This document shows, in pieces, positions 42,646 through 54,600 of a stretch of 64,000 bases of DNA (positions are counted from its first letter, which is position 1; the number at the start of each line of letters is the position of its first letter). Position numbers and translations under genes: made by a program. The stretch comes from Eledone cirrhosa (lineage: Eukaryota): contig OZ024745.1 in NCBI GenBank assembly GCA_964016885.1, positions 56,792,001 through 56,856,000 on the forward strand, read 5' to 3'. Under the pieces are notes generated by a model that saw only the letters and a list, made by a program, of their open reading frames with translations, was not told where the DNA came from and ran no database searches.

Positions 42646-43654
42646 GCCGGGGCTGTGGAGAGCCCGGCGCGTGGGACCCCATTTTCTCACCATGCGGAGA
42701 GATGGGGAATGCCAGATAGATAGAGGCGATGACAGTGGGAGTTCCGCTGTTCTTTCATGTCTGCTTCGGTTACAATTGCTTTTTTATGTTGTTGCTGTTA
42801 CTAATATATTTAATGAAAGACATCAAAAGTAAACCACCACGAATAACAGCTACCACACCACCACTACCACCACAACCAGAATGTAAATGACAGAGAGTGA
42901 AAATATGATGGAGAGGGAGATAGAATTAGGAGACATAGTTATACAAGAAAACATTGTGTATCTTTAACTTATAAATCAGTAGAACAGTTTCAGGGATCCG
43001 TTTAATTTAATCGTTATATTTTATTTTGTTGTATGCCGTAACCGTGTGTGATTTTATAATTTGTTCATAATATATTTATAAGGTCATATTGCGCTTTGAT
43101 TCTTGGAGATTATTTATAATTATACTGCGAATCTTCCACGTGGGGTGATAGTAAGTATAAATTCAATGGCATCAGGCAGTCTATCTGTAATTTGTTAATG
43201 ATGATAAGAAATATACTTATATTTTGAATCCCCATCAAATAAGCCACATGCTGTGTACAAATTAGCCTATTTAGCAGTAAACGTTGTGAATGAAAACCAG
43301 TTATGTTTTTATCTTAATGTCATATATATGTTTACTGCAACGCCTTGTTCAAAATATAGGATAAAAGTTTCATATGTGTGTGTATATATATATATAGACT
43401 CTCCCACAGACATGCACACACGTGCACACACGCACACATGCACACATAGAGACACAGGCACACACACACACATACACTTATATATATATTTATTAAAATA
43501 ACAGATTAAAGTTTAAGCAAAGAATCGTTGTTTTCACCCTTCAAATTTATTATTATTTATATATATATATATATATATATGTATATAAGGAAAAAAAGTT
43601 GAAATCGAAAATGCAACTGGAGTCTTTTTTTTTTTAAATATATATATTTATGTG

Positions 43655-43695
43655 GTTCCTTTACCGGTTTCGCAGTTCTGCTTTTCAAAGTAGAG
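43655..43695 (-). ncRNA. Degenerate or variant hammerhead-like motif
   Basis: Minus strand reads TTGAAAA-GCAG aa CTGC-GAAA-CCGG-TA-aagg; helix I pairs poorly. Confidence 0.45.
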
Positions 43696-43816
43696 TTGAG
43701 ATGGAGGGTTTGTGGTTTTTCTCACATTAACATTCAATATCTTTATCATAGTTGCTGTTGGCATTTATTTCCTCACACCAAGAAATTTGGTCGCTTCTTT
43801 TGACACGTATAATTGC

Positions 43817-43882
<66 letters not shown>

Positions 43883-44301
43883 TATGATTGCTGTCACTGA
43901 AACATATATAGCAGTATATCTATAAGTTATAATGAACGAAGCCAAATTGTACCTATTTGGCTTAATTATTTTATTTATATATATATATATATAAAATAAT
44001 TAATAAAATAATTTATATATATATATATATATATAATAATTAGACCCCCCCCCCCCCCCCACACACACACGTGTCCATATATGCAGGCTCAGATACACAC
44101 TCACTCGCAAACACACGGACACATATATATATATACACACACAAACAAGCCCTTTCCCTACAGTGGGTGCTTGTACACACACACACTGGTTCATATACAC
44201 TCTTACAAATATGCGCATATTCACATACAGGCCCACGCACGAATGCAAAAATACATACATATATATATATATATACACAAATAGGATATCCACACAAAGC
44301 C

Positions 44302-44344
<43 letters not shown>

Positions 44345-45334
44345 TATATACGTAATTCTACGTGTCAAAAGGAGCGACTAAATTTCTTGGTGTGAGGAAA
44401 TGCCACCAGCAGCTATGATAAAGATATATAATGTTAAATGATATTTATGGGGGTGTTTGTATGTAAGTGTGTGTATATGTGAGGATTGTGTACCAACATT
44501 TATTGACGTGGTCCATCGTATCTCTGCATTGCGGTATTCTAAAGATTTTTGCTGCTCCTGCGCCATTTAAAATTCCAATATATCAAATGCAATCTATTTT
44601 TGATATAGAAGTCTAATAAAACTCTAATACACACATGATCACTGTTGTTATCCACTCCTAATGAATAAGATGATGCTACATATTATTTCATATTTCTTTG
44701 CTATGGAAACACATGCCAGACAAGAACATATCACTTGTTGCTGATGGAATTGTAGTTCATGATGTTTTATGTTTATTTTATTATCAATTTCAAATAAATT
44801 CATTCTGACAATATAAATAAAACACAAAAGTTACGGCGATTATATATGTGTTTGTGTATGTATGAATGACACTTACTGAAAACCCTGTTAAATTAGGCTT
44901 TCATGAATATGTAACAGATAAGTCAAGTAGAACAATTCACATTTCTGCTAGAGATTGTTCGAAATGATTAACATCTTATCAGCTACGGAGATGTCCATGC
45001 TTTATTATAATTATTATCGTATCTATAATTATGAGACAGATGATGAAAAAAGATTAAACACAACAAAGACAATATGATCTTGAAACAGAACAAGAACAGA
45101 ATAATAGTATTAACTGCAGCAGCAATAGTAGTAGTAATGGTGACGATAATAATAACGACAATGATAATGATGATAATAATAATAGTATCAGGACTGATGA
45201 TGATAATAATAATGATAATAATGATGATTTCTACTCTAGGCATAAAGCCAGAAATTTTTTTTTGGTGGTGGTTGGGGAGGTGGGGGGTGGTCATTAAATC
45301 AAACTCAGTGTGTTACTGATATTACTACTACTAA

Positions 45335-45525
45335 TAATTGTTTCTCATTTTTGGTACATGGCCAGCAATTACCCTGCGCATTACTGGTACTTTAGTTTAT
45401 CTACCCAGCAAGGATGAAAGGCAAAGTTAACCTCGGCAGGATTTGAAATCAGAACGTTAAGGGCTGTAACTCTATGCTGCAAAGCATGGTGTCCGACCCT
45501 CTTCTGATACTGTCAATCCACCGAC
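45335..45525 (-). mobile_element. Deu/Nin-type tRNA-SINE (with a tail fragment of a related subfamily at ~45225..45320)
   Basis: Same family as the copies at 20820 and 39243. Confidence 0.85.
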
Positions 45526-45545
45526 GGATAGAATAGGGATAATGA

Positions 45546-45549
45546 CGAA

Positions 45550-45584
<35 letters not shown>

Positions 45585-45652
45585 AGAAGAAGAAGAAGAA
45601 GAAGAAGAAGAAGAAGAAGAAGAAGAAGAAGAAGAAGAAGAAGAAGAAGAAG

Positions 45653-45682
<30 letters not shown>
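45546..45682. repeat. (GAA)n microsatellite
   Basis: Directly visible. Confidence 0.95.
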
Positions 45683-45683
<1 letters not shown>

Positions 45684-46148
45684 TTGGCTGGAGAGAAAAA
45701 AGAAAGTGATTTGACACCTAATTAATATTAGCTCTCCTGAACGCGTTATGGGGATTCAACAATACTTAGATAACAAATAGACATGTAGTGTCAACAGGGA
45801 AAAACTGCACTTACATTACACAAACTTAAACAAAATGACATCTTAGTGACTGAGAACATACTTATTACAAAATGTGGTCTATTGTTTTGATTTGTGTTTT
45901 TCTTCGTTTATCTCTATATTCAACGTGGATATTTGTTTTTAGCTGTCAAGTTCGTCACAATCGCGTTTTCGCACTGAAAGTTCTAAATGTGAGAATTTCA
46001 AGATTTTTTCAAGAAATATAATTATCCTATTTAGAAGGTGAATTGATTCCAATGTAGTGTTGAAAATATAATCATATCATACATAATCTATATGAAAATG
46101 CAATACCTGGCGAACTGTTGTATTACTACTTCTATATATATATATAGG

Positions 46149-46257
46149 AAAATGTTTAACCACCACGGCAGAGCTCAAGCCGTTTCGACGGCTATTTCTG
46201 GACTCCAGAAATAGCTGTCGAAACGGCTTGAGCTCTGCCGTCAGGGTTAAACATTTT
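46149..46257. repeat. Palindrome with 54-bp arms, each containing the 3' half of a hammerhead
   Basis: Centre at 46203, 50/54 identity; the right arm reads GAAAC-GGC ttgagctct GCC-GTC-agggtt. Confidence 0.85.
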
Positions 46258-46339
46258 ACTCTACTACACTAAGTATTGAGTACTCTGGTGCGTTATGGTC
46301 CATCTGGTTCCTTACCACACCTCCTTCGTTATATATATA

Positions 46340-47710
46340 TAAAAGAAAACTTTTTTTGCTCAACAAGGCTGAATACAATATATGTAATCTGAGTTTTTCG
46401 AATATTAATAATAACATTCGATTCGATTGCAATTATGCAAACAAGCCTCAATTTTATAGCCATGGCATTTTGGTTAGGGTTTAGATTTTTATTATTAATT
46501 CTATTTATATTTTGTGCTATATTCATAGTAGTAGGATAGTTTTATAGTATGTCTGTTAAAGATTGAGTGGTATCTGTGGACTTTAGGAAAACATTTATCT
46601 AGTGCTTTAAAGAATAGCTTGCTAAAGGTGTTTTAACGCTTAATGAGAATGGGGGTGAGTACCAACTAATTGTTTCTACTTTTTGGCACAATGCCACCAA
46701 ATACCCAGTGCATTACTGGTACTTTATTTTATCGACCCCGTAAGGATGAAAGGCAAAGTTAACCTCGGCGGGATTTGAGTACCAAATAATATTTCTAGTT
46801 CTATTTCCTCTGTTAGATTTAGAGTTTAAGTTAGATTTTTTATTATAATTATAATTAATAGTAGGGTTATTTGCCTTATTACTGTTGTCGATGTATTTAA
46901 TCTTATTTATATAGCCTGCTCTTTTTAAAACCTCATTATAATATTCTGCCTTATCGTCAAAAATGTTTTTATTAGCGGAGATGCGTGAAATACGTTGTTG
47001 GATAGAATTGACAATAGTGTTCTTGATAGATCTAGAATGATTAGAGTTAAAACTTACATAGTTTAGATTCTCATTAATTTTATGGAATGGATAGTAGAGC
47101 CCTGTGCTACGGTTTAATGTTACGTCTAAAAAGTTAACAATTTTATAGTTATTCTCTATTTCTAACTTAAGGTTGTAGCTATTGAAGAATTGTATTATGG
47201 ATTTTCTTTTTCTATTAATTTCAGAATTACTACGATTTTCAATTAAAAGCAGCATATCATCACGATATAAACCTCCGGTCATCTCTGGTATTTTTCTATG
47301 CAGTGTATTATTAATAAATTGCCCCCACAAGATCCGTTATTTGCGTCGATTCTGATGATCCCGTGGTGATATCAAAATTATTTTTTATCGGCTCTAGTCC
47401 AGAGATGATTGTTGAATTCAATAAAAGTTTTCCGTGCGGTTAAAATGATATGCATTTCAGATCAATGTGTATGTTTAGATGCATACATTAGAGCTTTATT
47501 AAGTAAATTAGGAATCCTGGAGGAGTAGTAGTTTTCAATATCCAATTGAATGAATTTTTTGTTATGTTTAAATGTTATGGTATTGAACCAATCTATAACT
47601 TTGTTATTACCGTTCCATAGGTAAGATATTTCTTTAAGTTGCGGTATATGTTTACTAACTATGCCTAAGTCTGCTTTAGATGGGGCTATAAGTCTGACTG
47701 GTAGTTCTAT
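46340..47710 (-). mobile_element. Degenerate Penelope-like RT, same lineage as 1..1523
   Basis: FIQLDIENYYSS, MTGGLYRDDML, NFLDVTLN, YYPFHKINENLNYVSFNSNH, RNIIWY; interrupted by a SINE. Confidence 0.85.
46671..46778 (-). mobile_element. 5'-truncated SINE inserted in the PLE with a ~15-bp TSD
   Basis: tgagtaccaaCtaat (46656..46670) and tgagtaccaaAtaat (46776..46790). Confidence 0.85.
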
Positions 47711-48112
47711 TTATTTATTTATTTATCTACTTATAACAGAAAATATTATATCAGAAACGAATTTTAAACAACTAATAATCGTAAATACACGTACTATTAA
47801 GACATATACTCAGAATATATTTCCCCCAAATTAAGATTATATGAGTATTATTCATCCTCTCTTGTCTATTTCTTCTCTCTATCTCCCTCGTACTATTTTT
47901 TCATTTTTATCTTTATCCCCTTATATATTTTCTCTCTCTCTTTCTCCAGTGTCATTTAAATAAACGATTGTTTTTCAATTATTTACATATTCATTTGCAT
48001 ATTCACACATAAGTTTGAATAATCACTAATAAATTTCTACTATCCAGTGAATTTCCAACCGATAAGGTATGCTTTTCATGGGCATGTCTCTATATATAAA
48101 ACAAACTTTGCA

Positions 48113-48172
48113 TTTAATCTGATGAAAGCGTACCAATGTTGTCTTGGTACCCTTGAAATATATATAAACAAA
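48113..48172 (+). ncRNA. Type I hammerhead-like motif, another family
   Basis: tttaat-CTGATGA-aag c gtaccaa tgttgtc ttggtac c ctt-GAAA-TATATA-TA-aacaaa. 10-bp helix II, palindromic helix III, followed by aataaa and a ~140-nt tail into (TA)n. Confidence 0.65.
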
Positions 48173-48308
48173 TAAATATGGTTTTATAAACATAGTTTCC
48201 ATTTATTTAATATCATTGAATATTTACTCCAGTAACTTGTTGAGAGCTCTAAATCAGTTATAAACATTTATGTTTGTCGGACTTCCAACAAATTAGATAC
48301 CACTTCTA

Positions 48309-48411
<103 letters not shown>

Positions 48412-48805
48412 TTGTGTGTGTGTAGCAAGATTAGCAGCTTTATTCGTACATGCCCAAGTTTTTCTTTTTTTCAATTCTTAAGATCAACATAATCATATTA
48501 AGTTTGTACATTTTGGGAAACCTTTTAATATAAGTCACTAAAAGGTTTTTGTTCATACGGAAATGTTGATTCATCCACAAATGCATCCAAACAATTCCGA
48601 AGATATATGAAATTGAGCGTTATAGGTGTGAAATGAAATTGACGAATAAACATTTAAATGAGAGTTTCCTTATGAAGCAAATCTGCAGATATCAAAATAT
48701 ACAGGACCTCCATTGATAATTCAATAGTAGGAATAATTTCACTGTAATATAATACAAATATTATATATATCTATCGTGCTTGGCGGTTGTATTTCCTCTC
48801 ACCAA

Positions 48806-48869
<64 letters not shown>

Positions 48870-48877
48870 TTTTTTTT

Positions 48878-49651
48878 CTAGGGCGAATAAAATTCCCGAG
48901 ATCCATGGACGAGTTCTCTCTAGCGGTCTCTGTTCCTCATTATCGCTACCATGTCCTGTGTCTCCAACAGACCAGTGTCTGTCCTTAGGGCATCAACATA
49001 CGTTAGCCTTGGTCTTCCTCTTCCAGTGTGTCCATGTAGGGGCTCCCACAGGAGCACTGAGTGCAATGTCAACTCTGGATGTGGGTGAGCATGTCCAGCT
49101 AACCACAGTCTTCTCTGTGTCACTTTTGAGCTGACGTTTGGGAGACTGTCATAAAGCTCTGAGTTTTTCATCCTCAGTGTATACCGATTAATGTTAAGAG
49201 CCATCCTCAGCATTCTCGTGTAGCACCCATCCACCATCTCACTGAGTTTCTTGGTCAGTGTCCAAGTTTCAGACCCGTACAGCAGCACAGACTCCACTAC
49301 AGCAATGAAGATGCTGAATTTGCCGATGACATAGTTTTAGGTGACAAATACATAGAAGGAGACAGAGGATTTGATGCAGGAGGTTGAGACTGTGTCAATG
49401 AGGTGTGGGGCTGAGAATGAATGAGACTAAAACAAAATATCTGGTAGAGAATGTTGAGAAGCCAGAGGGGATTACTAATGTAGGCGGGAAGCCGCTGGAA
49501 TTGGTTGAGGACTTCCTGTATTTGGGAGCAAAGATTGGGAATACAGAAGATGATGTGGTTCAGGGGAAGAGCAAAGCCTGTGCGGCGTGCAACAGCTTGA
49601 GATCGGTGTGGAAGCCGGATCTTCGTAAATACCTGAAAATCCGCCTCTTCA
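48878..49651 (-). mobile_element. RTE-clade LINE 3' end with an inverted 5' segment
   Basis: Minus 48878..49297: ESVLLYGSETWTLT..CYTRMLR..RGRPRLTYVD. Plus 49298..49651: FADDIVL, GLRMNETKTKY, FLYLGA, LKIRLF. Confidence 0.85.
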
Positions 49652-49658
49652 TATATAT

Positions 49659-49707
<49 letters not shown>

Positions 49708-49754
49708 CATGCATGTATAAATGTATATATATATATATATATATATAGTAATAA

Positions 49755-50092
49755 ATGGTTTCTTATATAGGCACATGGCCAGCAATTTTTGGGGGAAGGG
49801 AAAGTCGATAAAATCGACGCCAGTGCGTGACTGGTACTTTCTTTTATCGACCCCGTAAGGATGAAAGACAAATTTAACCTCGTCGGGATTTGAACTCAGA
49901 TCATAAAGGACCGTAACTCTATGCTGCAAAGCATGGCGTCTGACCCTCTATCGATACTGCCAATCCACTGCCCTTATATATATAGTAATAATTGTTTCTA
50001 CTTTAGGCACAAGGCCAGCAATTACCCAGTGCATTACTGGTACTTTATTTTATCAACCCCGTAAGGATGAAAGGCAAAGTCAACCTTGGCGA
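49755..50092 (-). mobile_element. Two tandem Deu/Nin-type SINE copies (49755..49975 and 49990..50092)
   Basis: Same family; the second copy is 5'-truncated. Confidence 0.85.
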
Positions 50093-50175
50093 TAGTAATA
50101 ATAAATGTGATATAGAATGTTTGTATTATATTAGTGAAATTATTCCTACTATTGAATTATCAATGGATGTTCTGT

Positions 50176-50213
<38 letters not shown>

Positions 50214-50258
50214 AGAGAGAGAGATAGATAGATGGATAGATAGAGAGAGAGAGATAGA

Positions 50259-50315
<57 letters not shown>

Positions 50316-50424
50316 TTTGACAAACGACAATCACTTCCGCTTTTAATAATGTATTTGAGGCCGATGTACTATTTGTTATATTTAAATTTCTATAAGCATT
50401 GGATGCATGGTTTCCACAAACAGT

Positions 50425-50525
50425 TAGGCTTGAGGGGTTCGATTCTCGGACAGAGTGATGTGTTGTATCCTTAAGCAAGTCACGTTATTTCACGTTGCTG
50501 TTTACTCAACTGCAGAAATGACATT
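50425..50525 (+). mobile_element. Relic of a second tRNA-derived SINE family
   Basis: B-box ggttcgattc followed by gtatccttaagcaagtcacgttatttcacgttgct. Confidence 0.5.
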
Positions 50526-52756
50526 TCACAAACAAAATTTCATAAAACCATAGTCATTAATGACCGCTGGTGGCCTTAACAAAATATAGTGCAAACTGTC
50601 ATAACGGTTTTTAACCTTCAACTCACCTTTTCTTTACGAATCAGTACTATTGCCGTTATATGTTTCCTTTCGTTCTATGAGAGAGACATTTCAATAATTG
50701 TTATTTTTTTCATAAATGATTCAGCAATAAGCTAATTAAAATTTTCGTCAATATATATGTCATTGGGTAACTTTATCTCCCGTATCTAAGACCTTGTTGA
50801 TGAAGTATGATATTATCGCAACAAAAAAAGATACGAAACAAAATAAACAAAACTGAACATGAAATTTAATTTTCCGAATTTAATTACTTTCTTCAAATCA
50901 TCTGTTTTGATCACCTATGTATTTTTTTTCGTTTCTCGAACTAAGATTTCTTTTTAAAATATATTACCCAAATTACATTTTGGATGCCTTACACAATCTA
51001 TTCTCATAGCCTATGAGAAAATATTCCTTAACATTAAGAATTTTGGAGCTTTTTTATTTAATATTTACCTATCATGAGGAAATTAAATGAAAATAGCAAG
51101 GACAGATTATATGTCACTCTGCCTGCCTCTTCGATAATAGCAAAATGTTCGGCTTGTAGCGGAGAACAGAGTAATCACAAAAAATAAAAAATAAAAAATA
51201 AATAAAAATAAATTAATAACCAGTATATATCTAGATCTTAAAGCACATGTTCTTTTTATCTTACATCTTTCCTCCGATTGCCGTAATATTTCAAACACAT
51301 TTTTCTTTAAAATATGTAAATTTTAACAGCCTACTTCCTAATTATGCACAGGAATGGAGACGAAAGGAAACAATACGATACTAATGGAATAGGTGAGAGT
51401 TTAGAACAAAATAAGAATTTGTTAAATAAAAATGATTACGCTGAATCGAAACTAAAGTAAAGGATCTGACATTTCTTGGTAAACATTGTTTTGAAGTTGA
51501 ATAAGAGAAAAGGGGCATACTAATGAAATAAGAAAGTTTTAGAACAAAACCAATTTAAGAAACAGGCGTGTATCAAACAACTGCATCCATGTGAATTGAA
51601 GTTGGAACATAAACTCAGTGGGTCATAAAACTAGGTCTGGCTAAGAACTGGCAGAAATTTTGTGTGAGTCTGGTGAATTAAATGGACGTATGATGTGGTT
51701 TGAAGAGAGACGAAACGAGAAAAGGACGTAGTGTAGTAAGAGAGTTGGGAAAGGTTGCGATGAACGAAAAATGTGAAGTTATTTGTGTATACTGTAATGT
51801 ACTAGGAATTAGATATCAAATACACAGTAGGTATTTGTGCGTAGACTATTGACTATATACGGTTATAAACATGCAGGCAATTAGTAATTCTGTCCGTATG
51901 CTGATGTATGTATTTACGATAGATCTATTCTATTTGGATGAATAGTGTAGATTTGTAAGTGTAAAGTGCTGTGTTTCCTATTTTCCACAGGCTTACGTGT
52001 TATGTAACTTACACATTTGATGTTCCATCAATGAACAATGAAATACACGTGAAATGAACAGTTTGCTCTGGACCGTTTCGTATATCTAGACTAGAAAGTG
52101 GTTTCTATGGTACTAGGATATATTTCTCTTAGCGGAAAAAATCACTCTTCTTTCATATGATATCATCTGCATAGGTTTCTGGAGACGTAAGTTTATATTC
52201 ATGCTAGTTGATATGCCTTTGTACTAGATGTTAGAAATATGTTAAGGTGCCACTTGGGAGTGGCATAATATTGTACACATCTGCTAATGATCATAAAATA
52301 TCTCGAAATGCTATGCCAAGATAATTGAATGAGAACGAAATCCGAGGCCTTTTGCTCGAGTGTTAATATGTGACTTCATGTACTGATAAGAAAGAAAACT
52401 AAGCAGAAACCATGTTTTTATTTTCTATTTTTGTAGATCCTTCTAATCTAATCCCTGCTAATTATGCATTGTACTTGTTTTACTATAAATCAATAAATCA
52501 CTGTACTGAATAATGGGAAACAAAAATGATGACGCATATTTAAGATATATGATTAAATTTCATTTTTAGGATATAGATATATTTACTTTTCTTTCTGATT
52601 CTATGATAAAGAAGTTAAATAAATCTATAAATAGTAATATTTATGCTTATTATAGTTTTAGTTAGGGAATTAAAGTATAATGTTGTCTACATCATAGCAT
52701 TCGATGGGTGGTTTCTTTTGTTTCTACATTTTTATGGTTTTACACGAAAATAAAAT

Positions 52757-53102
52757 GGCAGTTCCTCAGTAACGTTACTCGATAGAGGGTGTAACTCGGT
52801 GATCAGAGAGTCGATCCAGTTAGACCCATTACTTCTCTGACTTGGGAGATCACAGCTCCGGTAATGTGGGCATGTGGTTAGTATGTTACATGAAAGTATC
52901 GTTGGATATATTTTACTGGCAAAACCAACCGCCAGTAGATACAGCTGGCCTTGTTTGGCGTCCAGCTGGGCTAGTTGGAAACAGTTGCTTATGACAGGAA
53001 CGCTGGGAGGAATATTTGATGATTCTCTGCCCAAGAACCTCTCTAGAAGAAGAAGAAGAAGAAGAAGAAGAAGAAGAAGAAGAAGAAGAAGAAGAAGAAG
53101 AA
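52757..53102 (+). mobile_element. RTE-clade 3' fragment followed by (GAA)n
   Basis: Paralogue of 34250..34398 extending to GHVVSMLHE..ILLAKPT. Confidence 0.7.
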
Positions 53103-53748
53103 CCACGTGTCCTAGAAAATTCCAATTTTGAATCCAATTTAGATATAAACTTTATTTTCATGCAATAGTATACGATCGACATGACCAAATCTACATATCT
53201 ATATCTCTCTCCCTCTCAACATCGTCCATCGTACACAATGCATTGATTTATGTCAAATGATTATATTAAGATATGTAATATATTTATTTTTGTGTACTGA
53301 AGATAAGGCATACACTATTATTTTGTATATAGAAATACTTATTAATTTTATAGCTTTACTTATTTTATCCCTTTGTATTTGAATATAACTCTACTCTCAA
53401 TATGTCCACAAAATCAACACCAAACCCCCACCACCACAATTACAGCAACCTTTACTTTCTATAGGCTATTTGTCCATGAATTGTTGTGTCTGTTAGCTTT
53501 AAATGAATGAGAATTCGTTGAACACTGCTGGCTTTTTATTGTTGAATAGTCAAGTAATACTGAAGAATACACGCTATTAGAGCAACGTCGAACAATTGCT
53601 AACGGATGCTCAGTAAGCTTGAAATAATAAGGTCTATTCGCAAGAGACTTGAAAACACTTTATTAAACGTCTTTTGCATAACATATACATGCATGTATAC
53701 TGGATCATATTTTCAATTGCTCTTATGTTGTATTCGTAATCCGCTCCC

Positions 53749-53799
<51 letters not shown>

Positions 53800-53810
53800 C
53801 CTCTCTCTCT

Positions 53811-53876
<66 letters not shown>

Positions 53877-53877
<1 letters not shown>

Positions 53878-53995
53878 GTTGATGCCCTAAGGACAGACAC
53901 TGGTCTCTTGGAGACGCAGGACATGGCAGCGACGAGGAGGGACAGAAACCGCTGGAGGGAACTCGTCCATGGATCTCGGGAATTTTACCCGCCCT
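53877..53995 (+). mobile_element. RTE 3'-terminal fragment inside (TA)n
   Basis: Near-identical to the reverse complement of 48880..49000. Confidence 0.85.
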
Positions 53996-54299
53996 ATATA
54001 TATATATTTACACATTCATATATTTATTTTGCAAGATTGTTGAGGAAAACAAGATCCAGTAAAAGGAATAAGCAGAGAAAAAGAACGAATATTCACTGAG
54101 GAGGTTATAGAGTGTATGGCGAAAGAGCGTCGACAAAATAACCTATTCATATTAACAGAGTGAAAGTTAATAGTGCGTACGATTTTACTGCCAAAATTGG
54201 GGGAAAAAACTCCTTAAATATAACTCTCTCTCTCCCTCTGTACACACACACCTATATATATATATATATATGATTATATATTTATAATTATATTTATAT

Positions 54300-54600
54300 A
54301 TGAGGTGTTATCAAAAACTTTCCGGACTAGCTCTGTAGCGCGCCAACTGATGGCAGCTCAGATTATCGCCCGCAGTGTTAGTATCTGTAACTGTCATAAT
54401 TCAGTGTAGCATGTAACATCATTAGGTAACTTATACATGAGGATCGTCGGAGGACGATAAATGACTTTGCTAACACCGTTGGTAATCCTAACGTCTGAAT
54501 TCAACATGCGGAGTGTCGCTGCCAATTTTTACCCCGCCTGTTGACACAGAACGAGAAAGAAAATTGTGTCGAAATTTGCCAATTACTCAAACGGAAAATT
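54300..54600 (+). mobile_element. Mariner relic (terminus plus a fragment of the WVPHEL-type region)
   Basis: Starts ta-tgaggtgttatcaaaaactttccggact; translates as SEFNMRSVAANF.PRLLTQNEKENCVEIC. Confidence 0.6.

Noticed and set aside
45472-45717. Poly-Phe ORF (and poly-Arg/Leu/Ser ORFs at 52.7-53.2k)
   Set aside because: (GAA)n microsatellite.
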